Part shown: positions 12,776 through 25,450 of the stretch, in pieces
How the letters are laid out: the number at the start of each line of letters is the position of its first letter
How positions within the stretch are numbered: the stretch's first letter is position 1
Source: Octopus vulgaris
Taxonomy: Eukaryota
Direction of reading: 5' to 3'
Assembly: GCA_951406725.2 (NCBI GenBank)
Contig: OX597838.1
Span: forward strand, 42,842,001-42,906,000
DNA: 64,000 nt
Program-made: the position numbers and the translations under genes
Notes under the pieces: generated by a model
Told to the model about the DNA's origin: nothing
Seen by the model: only the letters and a program-made list of their open reading frames with translations
Databases searched by the model: none

Positions 12776-15700
12776 GGGGGAAAGGATTTAAGGTAAATCC
12801 GGATGGAATTGTGCAAGCCACCGTATTATAAACTGTTTAAGCAAAGATACCATTATATCCGTTCGTTGTTCTTTCCATACAGCTTCAACAGGAGAGAAGT
12901 GTGGCTGGTGAGGTGGTGTCGGCTAATAATTGGATGTTTAACATAAGAGTGTGTGTGTGTGTTGGTAAATATGTTTTCGAGTAACAACACCTACATGTTG
13001 TCCTGGCTCTGTGAGAAAACTACAAGAGACTAGCAGTGCAAAGCAAGCCAGACAGTTGATAAACACACCAACACTGCTTTATGAAACAGTGAGGATATTT
13101 CAGTGAAAACAAATACAAAGTTTGTTTTTGCAATTAAACAGCTTTCACGGTTGATATGGCAATGGATCAGGGAAGACCAAAAAGACATTTTAGAAAATTA
13201 ATCCTAAAACATTAATTTGGGACGAGAGAGTAATAAGGGTTTCATGGTTTCTCACTTTGATGCAAGGGGAAGATGTGTGCAGGGGGGAGGTTGATAATGA
13301 AGGACACCAAGGATATTATTGGTATGTAATCCACAGGTAAAGTAGAGAGACAGGTAGGTTATTTTATACAATCAGTGCTGAGTGAGTCTCAACACAATAG
13401 TTCAACATTCCAGAAATAGCAGCAAAATCTCCCTCAAATCTTACCGTACAATCATAAAGTAAATAAAAGGTGGATAGTGAGATCCTACATTGTCAAAAAG
13501 GTGATGATGGGAATGCATTTGATCAGAGGTCTACCAGATCAAAGTTGACCTAGGGTTACACAACAGTGTATTTAGTGTCGCTCTGCCATTCTTGATGGTG
13601 GTAGATGGTAGAATCAGTGGAGTGCTGGAGAAAAAGGGTGTTGCAGTATTTAGTTATTGGGGTTTATGTAGCTTTCAAATACTGGTGGGACAAACTCTAC
13701 CTTCAATTAAATAATCATCATCATCATTTGGCACCCATCTTCCATGCTGGGGGGAAGCTGGATGGTGCCACAGGGCTCAATGAATCAGGGGACAGCATTC
13801 AGCCCCGTTGTCTACTTTAGAATAGTTTCTGCAGCTGAATGCTCAAGTTGCACTGGGTACCTTTTTTTACTTTTTTTTACTTTTTTCTTTTGGCTTTTTG
13901 TCTTGTTTCTTTTTTGCCATAGCATCAGCACTGATGAGGCTGCTGTGCAATTCACAAGACTTAAAAATCCCCCTTGATGAGTGGAAGTGTAGAAGGATTT
14001 GTCTATGAAATCCACCCACAAGGCTTTGGATAGCCTGGGGTTATATGACAGACACTTGCATAAGGTGCCATGCTGAGGAACTGAACTCAAAACCCTAACC
14101 CTATACACACAAACACAAATAAAAAGCAAAAAAATGATACAATCAAATTAGTACATAGAATGGTACCAGGCCTGAAGTGATTGATGCATTCTCTACCAAA
14201 CTAACATTGCACCTCCCCTTTACCCCACAAAACAACCAAACACTTCCCCTCGCATCCTCCATCCCTGTTTACAGAAATGTTGTCGGTACAGGCACAGAAT
14301 CCACAGTTTCAAGCATAAAACTAGATTCCTTAAACAATTACTTCCACTTTGTCAAGGCTCAAAGTCTAAGGTCATCTACTACTACTACTACTACTACTGC
14401 TACTATCCTTCAAACAACACCAGCTATTTTAAGACGTGAAACAATTTGACCTTCTTATTACTGTGTTTCTCTTGAAATACACTATTTATGTTTCATTTCA
14501 TTTGTGAAGATGATGATGATGATGATGATAGTTAAAGATTTTGGTCAAGTTATTGGTTAGTTTGGCACAAGAGTGAAACTTGTGGAATTCTTTAGAAAGA
14601 TCTGTAAAAAAGGTTAAGTCAAGACCTGGTTTCAACTCTTTAGCATTTAAACAGGCCACATCTGGCCCAAATATTTTACTTGTTTCATGGCCAAACTGGC
14701 CAGAAATAGCCTCTCACACCTACCCAACAATGTCATTCTGAAAATAAACCACATCATCAAAACCACAAAGCTATGAGAGAATGCATGATTAACTTGAAAC
14801 ACTACATTACAGTTGAGAGATTGATCTAAATACCAATAGATTAATCAATTAAAATCAGTCAAAAGCATTTAATTGTTTCATTGCCATATTTCTATTGAAA
14901 TGCACAGCCTTTATTTGAATTAATTCTGAAAGTAATGAAGAAGTTGATAAAATAACTTTGTTGGAATTTGGAATACATGTTAACATAAAATCTTGACGCA
15001 TAGTTTTAATTGAGCTCAGTTTAATGAAAAAAGTTATGCATCCTAGAACCAGGGGCAGTTTCAGGCAGGTCGTTATCAAAATGGTTAAGAGGGCCAGCCA
15101 TTGGCACTTGGAAGCTAGCCAAGAATTCATTTTCTCTCTACAACACAGTGGTTAACAGCATAAATGGCCATCTGTTAGAAGTGTCTGAGATTATAGAGTT
15201 AGTGGAGAAAACAACTCTTGCTTTGCCATGGTCATTTATGTGTCAGGTGTGGTTGTGAGATTAAGAGGATTGTTTTCCAACCATGTGGTCTTGGGTTCAG
15301 TTCCAATGTGCAGTACCGTGGGCAAGTGTCTTTTACTATTGCCCTGAGTTGACCAAAATTTTCTGAGTGGATTTTACCCGAGAGAAACTGAAAGTAGCTC
15401 TTTGTATATGTGTGTGTGTTCTGGTCTCAACCTCACATAATGGTTGTAAATAACTATCATCATCATCATCATCATATAAACAGGAGCTGAACAATCATAA
15501 GGCTGTTCATTTCCAGTTTTTCAAGAAAACCATATCTAACCATGGGAAAATATTACTGGAAACTGGTGAGGGCTGGCAACAAGAAGGGCATCTGACCTTA
15601 GAGAAAATCTGCCTCAACAAATTCCAGTTTGCCCAAGCAAACAAGCATGGAGGAAAAGTGGATGCTAAAATGATGTTGATGCATTTCTGCACAAGTCTGG

Positions 15701-16806
15701 ACATACTGAATAAGATCTCACTTCAGTTGCCACAGCAGAGCAGTGCCGATATTTACTGTTGCTGTTTAACCCCAGTCAGACTTGATCAGGCGAAAGCCTT
15801 TCACTTGTAACCATCCTGAGATCACACTGATGTCATTTTTCAAAAACCACAAAGTTTTGGAGGAGATCGACTACAGCTTTGAGGGAGATGGGGCTATAGC
15901 TTCTAATCGGTTGTTTGATTGGATAGGGGCACACATCATCATCATCATCATTTAATGTCTGCTTTCCATGCTGGCATGGGTTGGCTGGTTCGACAGGAGC
16001 TGGCCAGGCAGAGGACTGCACTAGACGTCTGTGTCTGTTTTGGCATGGTTTTTGCAGCTGGAGGCCCTTCCTAACACCAACTACTTTAGCACAAGCACTT
16101 GTAAAATAAAGAATCTTGGGGGAGGGGCATTGGAGGAGGTGATTTTGTGTCAGATGATGAAAAGTTAGAGCGTGACAGAGAGACAGAAACAGGTGTCTTG
16201 CTGTAGAGAAAGTACATGGTTACTTGGCCAGAGGGGTGGGGGAAGAGAAGGGAGGGGGGAGAGATAACAAGAATGAAGATGGTTGCTATCAGTATCATGG
16301 TGGGATTAACAAGACCGTTAGGGCAAAAATTGAGTTTTTGGCTCCAGGTTGGAAACAAGAGAGGACGTTTGTCTCAGATGACAGTTCAACTTCTTTTGAG
16401 GCATACACACACACACATATATATATAGAGAGAGAGACAGACAGACAGAGACAGAGAGATGGATAGATATATACAAAGATACACCACAATCATTTTTAAC
16501 GTCCACTTTCCCCTGCTTGCATGGGTCAGACAGAATTCACTGAGGCAGGCAGATTTTCTAAGACCAAATTACTTTCCTGTTACCAACCCTCACCTGTTTT
16601 CACCGAATAATGGAAATGAATGACACTGCTTGTATGACAGTGACACTCATTTACAACTATTGTACAATGTCAAGACATGGAGACACAAACATACACCCAC
16701 CCACCCATGCACACATAAGCCTATCGTGTGTGTGAATGTGTGTGTATAAGTACATACATTCATATATACACCTACCAAATCCTAGGTGCCAACTAGTGAG
16801 ACAAAG

Positions 16807-17220
16807 GGATCCTTTCGGTTTGAACGGCAGTTTGTTCTAGCGGTGTCATATGGAATTGTCACCCATAATTATGACCCTAGTATCGATCTATTGCATTTCA
16901 ATCTGTGTTAGGGTTAGGGGTGGGGGAAGGGTATCTTTTCTTCTTCTTCAGAAATATAAATAAACCCAATCTGTTTCTTAAACGAGGGACATATTCATAC
17001 GGCACAGAATGTTTTCACCTCAATAGACATCATTGATTGGTTGAAATTGCAGAAATTGAAGGAAAATAACAACAAATATCTTACAAGCCATAGAATTTTC
17101 TCAATAAAGCCAAGAGAAAAAGATGTTTTATAAACAACATTCTACCAGTATATGAAGTTTAAAAGTGTTTAGTTAGGTGGAAATTATTTAAAAAAACTGC
17201 CGTTCAAACCGAAAAGATCC
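16807..17220. mobile_element. MITE with ~27-bp TIRs and 8-bp TSD (Merlin-like)
   Basis: GGATCCTTTCGGTTTGAACGGCAGTTT ... AAACTGCCGTTCAAACCGAAAAGATCC. TSD AGACAAAG at 16799-16806 and 17221-17228. Confidence 0.85.
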
Positions 17221-18510
17221 AGACAAAGCCTAAAACTGGTGTTGTTGGGAAACAAACTTCTTAACCACTCAGCCATACCTGCTCACACACACACACACAC
17301 CCATGGATATAAGCACATGTATGAACATACATGTGCATACGCATTAAAAGAAAAAAATGGTATCAGTTAAGTGGTGTGATGCTCAACATTCTCCCCGTAA
17401 AAAGAGAGAATGGCCGTCCAGAACCGATGCATCTTTGTTCCATCTTCAGTTCCATCCTGCCACAATTGATTTTCCTTTCCTTTTCCCATCCATCTTAAGA
17501 ATTAATAAAGTACAAGTGACACAGCAGGTCTGATTGACCATGCCCCACCCCTCCCTCACTTCTATCACACTAACACATCGTTATAATTAATACACGTTAA
17601 ATCGCTAACGACCCAACATTGGACTGAGGAATGCTTCCTAATGACTCGTTCCATTCCTTTACATCCTCAATAGTTCCACATGTTCCACATCACAGTTGTT
17701 GTTTCTCGATACAGCCTTTGTTATTGTCGCTGCATCTACTGCTGCTGCTGCTGCTGCTGCTCTGCTACAGCTGCTGCTAACCTCAGCGCTACCTTTTATG
17801 TAACATCAACTTCTGTCTATTCCTCCTTAAAGGCATTTTCAACTACACAAACCAACCCTGGGGATATTCTACTAACTCCTCCAACCCTCATCTACCAATG
17901 TATACCAACAGTAACATCATAATTGGTTTTAAACTAGTCAACCACATTAAAGTAATTAATTAATGTTATTTATAACGAGTGAAGTCAGTACTACATCACC
18001 AGTCAGCGATGAAGTTTACGTTGTCAGTCACAGCATTTCTTCACTTAAATTACATTGCGAAATTGTCTTAGAAAAAGCCAAAGAAACCACAAATCACCAT
18101 TTTTGCTTTTGGTCTACTTCATTGCAAAACAAAACAAAAAAAAAAAAGGTGTGGGTGGGGGCAGATGAGCTGTTGTACCAAGTTAAAGGAATTTATGATA
18201 TTTATATAACGAATGAATAGAAAATTAGGATAGCTCCTGGAATTAGTGAGTGAGTGGTGATGGTCTGTTGCTATGAATCATACTAACAACAGTCGATATT
18301 GACAAAAATATCTTTGAAGTTATTTTCTCGAAACAAAAGCACTTAAATATCACAAGTAAATGAGTAATAGATGAAGTAGTACTGGCTCCAGGTCAGACCG
18401 ATGACTGGTGAGGTTCCAGCCATGACCATCTCGTTTATTCTCAAGAGGTGTTTGTTGAACCGCATGATCCAATGTGTCCTTCAGTTTTTAAGATGACAGG
18501 ATGTTATTTG

Positions 18511-19491
18511 AAGGAGATTTGGCTACTGTTTTTAGCGAGTAATATCAGTGGCAAACTTGTTGCAAGTTAGGTTCAAGTGAAGAAAGGCCACAATGATGGC
18601 TGATCTCAAGAATCACACCAAAAGAACTCAATAACTGGAACAATTACAACCAAAAAGAAAAACAAGTTTTGATTCCAGAGAAAACTTCATAATCAATGAC
18701 CACTGGGGGTCAACGTAATCGACTTAACCCTCCCCACCCCAAAATTGCTGGCTTTGTGCCAAAACTGGAAACCATTATTATTATTATTAAGGCAGTGAAC
18801 TGGCAAAAGCTGGGGAAAATGCTTAGCAGCATTTCATCCGTCTTTATTCAAATTCTGTCACGGTCAACTTTGCCTTTCCTACTTTCAGGGTCGATAAAAA
18901 AAGGTACCAGTTGTTCACTGGGGTTGATGTAATCAACTTATGCCATCCCTAAAATTACTAGCCTTGTGCCAAAATTTGTGAACCATTATCTCTTTATCAC
19001 AAGGAGATTTGGCTACTGTTTTTAGCGAGTAATATCAGTGGCAAACTTGTTGCAAGTTAGGTTCAAGTGAAGAAAGGCCACAATGATGGCTGATCTCAAG
19101 AATCACACCAAAAGAACTCAATAACTGGAACAATTACAACCAAAAAGAAAAACAAGTTTTGATTCCAGAGAAAACTTCATAATCAATGACCACTGGGGGT
19201 CAACGTAATCGACTTAACCCTCCCCACCCCAAAATTGCTGGCTTTGTGCCAAAACTGGAAACCATTATTATTATTATTAAGGCAGTGAACTGGCAAAAGC
19301 TGGGGAAAATGCTTAGCAGCATTTCATCCGTCTTTATTCAAATTCTGTCACGGTCAACTTTGCCTTTCCTACTTTCAGGGTCGATAAAAAAAAGGTACCA
19401 GTTGTTCACTGGGGTTGATGTAATCAACTTATGCCATCCCTAAAATTACTAGCCTTGTGCCAAAATTTGTGAACCATTATCTCTTTATCAC
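18511..19491 (+). repeat. 490-bp near-perfect direct tandem duplication
   Basis: 18511-19000 is repeated at 19001-19491. The only difference I saw is one extra A in a poly-A run. Confidence 0.95.
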
Positions 19492-21028
19492 AGGTTTTGT
19501 TGGAACTCCTGGAGTCTTGCATTACTACCTGCAGCAGCCTACAGTACCATGCTATCCGTTCTTTCTAGCTATCTAATACTTTCCTGATTATTCTGGCCGT
19601 GCCAAGGAGGCAAACCTTTTGTAGCAGTTCTACTCGGCACTCTATTCCAGTTTACTTTATATTCCCCTTGACGCCTTCTGATACTGTCTCCACAGACCCA
19701 ACAATAATTGGCACTGTCTTCACCTTCTTCAATTTCCATAGCTAGGATATTTCCTTCTTAAGAGGATTGTATCTATCTATCTTTTCACCTTCCTTCCTGG
19801 CTATTCGTAGGTCAAAGGGGCATCCAACATCAACTACATAGCATATGTGGTGCACCTTGTCCACCATCAAGAGGTCCAGTCTGTTATGATCTAACACATG
19901 ATCTGTTTGGATTGGGAAATCCCAGAGAGTTTTGCTAGTCTCCAACTCTGCCATTCTCTGTGGTTTGTGCTCATACCACATCTTGCCTTTCTCTAGGCCC
20001 ACTTTTGCACAGTTTCCAATCCACTTTTTGCACACTTTCACCACCTGGTTGTGTCATCACAACCAGGTAGTAGTCTTGGGCAAGTCTAGGGCATTCGTTC
20101 ATATGGGCAATTGTTTCATCCACTCTATTGCAAATACAGCAGAGACACTTGCTCATTCCTCAGGTTGACCCTCCAGTTTGTGGCCAAAGCATGGTCCTGT
20201 GCTGCCAGTATAGTGCTCTCGGTTCCTTTCATCAGCCAATCCCACCTATTTTTCCCAGCAACTTCTTTTGTGGCTATATGGAATTGTGTAGTTCCTTCTT
20301 GCGTAATTCTTCTTCATGTCTTTTTTGTACTTCTTCCTTTGTTTATCTGCTCTCAATACTCCCTCATTCCTAAATGTCACTAACAAGGTTTCCTGACTTT
20401 GGGCCAGGTATCTCATTAAACCCTCAAGTTTGATATGCACGCAGCTTTCCCCTTCCTCCATTTGCTCTCTTCATGTATGGATGACAGGCTCCATGCATTG
20501 TTATGAATTTTCTTGACTGCTTGTCCATCTCCTTTAGCTCCTCCTCTGTCCACTTCAGGATTCCAGCGCCATACCAAGCTACTGTGACTGCGTGCGAGTT
20601 TGTTGCCGAAATCCTGTTCCTGGCATTCAGCTTTGAAGCCAATGTTTTTCTCACTTGCCGCAGGTACCCTCTTTTTGTCTTTTCCTTCATGTTGTGATGT
20701 TTGATTCCATCTGACTCGAGTATTCCCACGGATTATTTAAGTGGAATTGCCTTCATCATCTCACCAATTGGCAAACTTATGCTTTCTGTCCTGACAAGCT
20801 TTCCTCACCTTATCGCCATCGGAGCACATTTTGAGAGCCCAAACTCCATCTTAATATCATTGGAGAAAATCCGCACAGACTGAACTAGGCTGTCCAGTTC
20901 TGCCTCTGGTCATCCATGAATAGCAAATGGTTTAGCTTTCCCACACCCCCTCCCAGATCATACCTCAACTTTGTTTTCTGTAGTATTTCACTGACGGGGA
21001 TCATTCCCAGCACGAATATCAGTGGGGA
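19478..21028 (-). mobile_element. 5'-truncated, decayed R4/Dong-clade non-LTR retrotransposon
   Basis: Minus strand shows RT motifs SPLIFVLGM and NHLLFMDD, then GILESDGIKH...KLNARNRISATN, a zinc knuckle (C..C...ETIAH..ECP.LAQ), endonuclease LWDFPIQTDHVLDHNRLDLLMVDK...VDVGCPFD...EKIDRY, and C-terminal LQKVCLLGTARIIRKVLDS* (stop 19565-19567). Many frameshifts. Confidence 0.88.
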
Positions 21029-21915
21029 ATATTATTATTATTATTATTATTATTAAGAAGGCAGCAAACTGGCAGAAATGTTAGCATGCCTGACGAAAGC
21101 TATAAACATTTTGTCCGTCTTTATGCTTCGACTTAAAATACCACTGATGTTGACCTTGCCTTTCATCTTTTTGGGGATCAATGATATAAATACCAGTTGA
21201 GCCTTGGGGGATCAATGTAATCAAGTAGCCCTTTACCCACAAAATTTCAGACCTTGTAGTTACTGTAGGAAGAATTATTATTGGTGAGCTGACAGAACCA
21301 TTGGTGCATTGGGTAAAATGTTTAGTGGCCTTTCTTCTGGTTCTGAGTTCAATTTTGCTTTTTGTCTTTTTGGGGCACTGGGGTTGATGTAATCAATTTA
21401 TCTCTCACCCTAAAAATTGCTGGCCTTGTGCCAAAATATGAAGCCATTACAATTATTATTATGAATATAATGGAGACAGTGACAGGTGACCAAGACCTTT
21501 GGTGATATAGCGTGCTTGTGTAGACGTGTCAAGCCAAGTGAGACCGTAGTCATGGCTGATGCTGGGGTCAGGTCAATGGCACCTGTGCTGGTGGCACGTA
21601 AAAAACCACCAACTCTTCTCTTGGAGTGATTGGCATTAGGAAGGGCATCCAGCCGAAGAAACTTTGCCAAATCAGATTGGAACCTGGTGCAGCTTCCCTG
21701 GCTTACCAGTTTTCAGTCAGACCGTCCAACCCATGCCAGCATGGAAAGCAGACATTAAACAATGACGATGATGATGTTGAATGTGGTGTGTCAAACGAAA
21801 CGATTAGCAGCATTTCTTTGAGCTGTTTACATTCTGAGGTAAACTTTATATCTCATCTTTTTGAGGACAATAAAATAAAAAGTACCAGTCAAATACTGTT
21901 GTTAATACAATAGAC

Positions 21916-22111
21916 CAGTGGTCCCCAACCTTTTCACTACCAAGGACCCCTTTTATTTAAATGAGTTTTCCCACAGACCCCTTTTAATATGCTTATCCTT
22001 GTGTGTGTGCGTGTATATATATATATGAAATTTTGAATTTAGTTCACGGAGCCCCAGTCCTTAACTTTGTGGACTACCAGGAGTGCATAGATCCCAGGTT
22101 GGGAACCACTG
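21916..22111. mobile_element. hAT-Charlie-like MITE
   Basis: TIRs CAGTGGTCCCCAACC and GGTTGGGAACCACTG. 8-bp flanks CAATAGAC and CAATTGGC match at 6/8. It interrupts a family B SINE. Confidence 0.75.
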
Positions 22112-23280
22112 CAATTGGCTAACCTTCTCCCACCAAAATTTGAAACAATTATTATTATTATTATTATTGTCATCATCATCCGCTGAGGTCTACTCTGTCC
22201 TTCATCATTGATAAAATAAGTACCAGTTGAACACTGGGGTTGATGTAATCAACTTACCCAACTCCCTCAAAATTGCTGGCCTTGAGCCAAAAGTTGAAAT
22301 CATCATCGGCATCATCATTATCATTAATATTATTATTGTGATGCTAAAGACAGATTCTTTCATGATCTGTTTCGGCCAAAGATATCTGCTTGTTCATTCC
22401 ATGACTTCATTTAATGGCAGTTAAGTTATGGTGGGCAGAAAATAAGTTTCAGGGATTTTTTCCCTTTCTTTTTGTGGTCTGCTAGCAGAGGAAGACATTG
22501 GCAAGACGGAAGTAACAATAAATTTAATTATTCAGAAACTAATAGCAATAAAAAAAAAAATTTTTTTAAATGTTTTAATTGTACTGAAGAGAATTTAGAA
22601 ATCAGTTAATAATGAATGATTTCCTTTTGTTTAATTTTGATAATTTTAACAGGAGTTGTTGATTAGAAACCCATATAGTAAATACATCATTATATAAGAC
22701 GAAGGAGAGTTGAAGTAGTATGCGTGTAGTTTAGTGATCCTAGAAAACAATTTTAAGTAAGAGAGTTGAAGTGATAGACAAGAGGACTACTAGCAAACAG
22801 CAGCAGCAGCAGCAGGCGTGTGTGCAGAAGGCAACAACTAGAAAAGGTGCAGCATCTAATGCAGAAGTGTGACAAACTTGCAACTTTCAGTCACAATATT
22901 ATCATTATTATTATTACTCCAGTATTCTACAAAGCAAGAGAAAGAGAGGGGGGGGGGGACTTAATGCCTGCTGCTTCACAGATGCAAACAATTTTTCAAA
23001 GTGTGTGTGTGTGGAGGAGGAGGGAATTTCTAGCTTACAATTAAATTGCCAAAGCCAACTGGAAGCTTTGCGTTTGTGTGTGTGCTTAGAAGAATAGTGA
23101 CGAAAAATTCCATTATCTTATAGAAACATTTTCTATAAAAAGGTGGGAAAAAAACAACCCTATACTCTTATATTGAACACATATACCAAAATAATATAGT
23201 ATACTGGTCGTATCTAACCAAGAACGAACCAAAATACCATCCTCTTAGAATAACAACTAAAGGTAGAAATTAGAAAGAAA

Positions 23281-23329
<49 letters not shown>

Positions 23330-24799
23330 GCAGAAGAAACGGATTTTCTGTCAAAACAACAAAACTGTTTATTTTAGTTGTATTGCTATTTCAAGGTCAC
23401 GTAATGGAGAGAACTAATAAAGATGAGTTGAAGTAATAACTAAAAGCCAGATAATTACTACGGATTAAGATAGACGTGTCTTGTAGCTGCTTTATATATT
23501 TCTGAATGTTGTGGAAATCCAAGCAGAGAGGGAAGAATCTGAGGAACTGGATAAGTAAGGGAAGGGCTATATTATGTGGGATATATAGGGACCAAAGAAA
23601 AGATGTTGCTACAATGATAGTATGAGAAATATCTGGGCCCCTCATCAGAGAATAGATCTCAGAATGAAGTAGGTAACAAAGTAAGGAAGCTATAAAACAT
23701 TTAAGAACACAGGAAACTGTCTTGAAATATTTGCAAAGAATATTTTTTTTTTAATCTCTTCCATTAGATGAGTGCTTGGAGAAGTAAAAAGTGAAGTTGA
23801 ATTTGGTAAGAACTGAACTCAGAATGATAAACGAACAGTTTTAAAGTTGGCAAATGGTCACAAATTTTAGGGGAGTGCATTTAATTTAATTATTGATCTC
23901 AACAGGCTTGGCTGTGAGGTAAGAAGTAGGCTTCTCAACCATATGGTTTTGGGTTCAATCCCATCATATGGTGCCATTGGTAAGTGCCTTTTACTATAGC
24001 CCTGGGCCAACCAGATCCTTGCGAATGGAGTTGGTAGACGGAAAGTGAAAGAAGTGCTCTGTGTGTGAGGGGTAACTATCTCTTCGTCTTAGCATCATTT
24101 GATAGTTGTAGATGAGTGTCACAGTCCTACAAGTGGTAATCATACGCTTCAAATCTTCATGGAAACATGTTGTGCCATGAGGAAAGAGATGAGGGTGGGT
24201 GACAGGAAAGGTACCTAGCCATAGAAAATCCACCTCAACAAATTCCCTCCAACCCATGTAAGCATGGACAAGTGGATGTTAAAACGATGATGGTGATGGT
24301 ATTTCACTGTTACTTTATTGATTCCAGGAATATGGAAGGAGGCAAAGATGATGACCTCAACAAGATTTGAACTTTCAGTGTAGTGCTTCACAAAATCAGT
24401 TATCTACCACAATAACAATTAGCAATTTCTGGCATGTTAATTGAACCAAATAGAAAATTAATTCCTCAATACAGGGAGGAGGAGGATGAATGGTAAAAAT
24501 TACACCTGTTGGTTTTGTGATCTACAAAAACAATGGCTGTGTGGTAAGAAGTTTGCTTCCCAACCACATGGCTCCAGGTTCAGTCCTACTGTGTAGCACC
24601 TTCAGAAAGTGCCTTCTACTATAGCCTCAGACCGACCAAAGCTTTGTGAATGAATTTGGCAGGCAGAAACTGAAAGAAGCCCATCTTACAAACACACACA
24701 CGTCTGTGTGTAGATGTCCCCATAACTTAGCAGTTCAACCAAAGACACTGATAGAATAAGTACCAGGCTTAGGATCGATACATTCAACTAGAATTCATG

Positions 24800-25450
24800 A
24801 AGACCTGAAATTTCTGAAGGGGGGGGGGCCTAGTCGATTACACTGACCCCAATGCTCAACTGGTACTTAATTTATCAACCTCAGAAGGATGAAAAGCAAA
24901 GTCGACCATGGTTGAATTTGAACTCAGAATGTAAAGACAGACAAAATGTTGTCCAGTATGTTAACATTTCTGCCAAGTCACTGGGTTAATGATGATAATA
25001 ATAATAATAATGATTTCAAATTTTGGCAAAGGGCCAGCAGCTTCTGAGGGGAGGGGAAGTTGATTACATTAACCCCAGTACACGACTGGTACTTATTTCA
25101 ACTGACACTGAAAGGATGAAAGGCAAAGTTGACCTCAGCATAATTTGAACCCAGAACATAAAGATAAACAAAAAACAACCAAGCTTTTGTCCCCTGTGTT
25201 AATGATTCTGCAAGCTCACTGCCTTGATAATATTCTTTTGTACTCTTGGCAGAAGACCTGAAATTTTTTTGGGGAAGGACCAGTCAATTAATTCGACTCC
25301 AATACACAACTAGTACTTAATTTATCAACCCTCAAAGGATGAAAGGCAAAGTCGACCTTAGCAAAATTTGAACTCAGAAAGTAAAGACAGACGAAATACT
25401 GCTAAGCATTTTGCCCAGTGTGCTAACCTTTCTGCCAGCTTGCCGCCTTA
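24800..25450 (-). mobile_element. Three tandem family B SINEs
   Basis: Three copies of the reverse-complement core 'aaggatgaaaggcaaagtcgacct...aatttgaactcagaa'. Confidence 0.8.

Noticed and set aside
11928-12816. Long ORFs of 165-287 aa rich in Y/I/H/T/C/V/M
   Set aside because: Translations of the compound microsatellite, open in many frames on both strands.
16908-16920. TTAGGG repeats as a telomere remnant
   Set aside because: Only two units, internal to a MITE and also present in its second copy.
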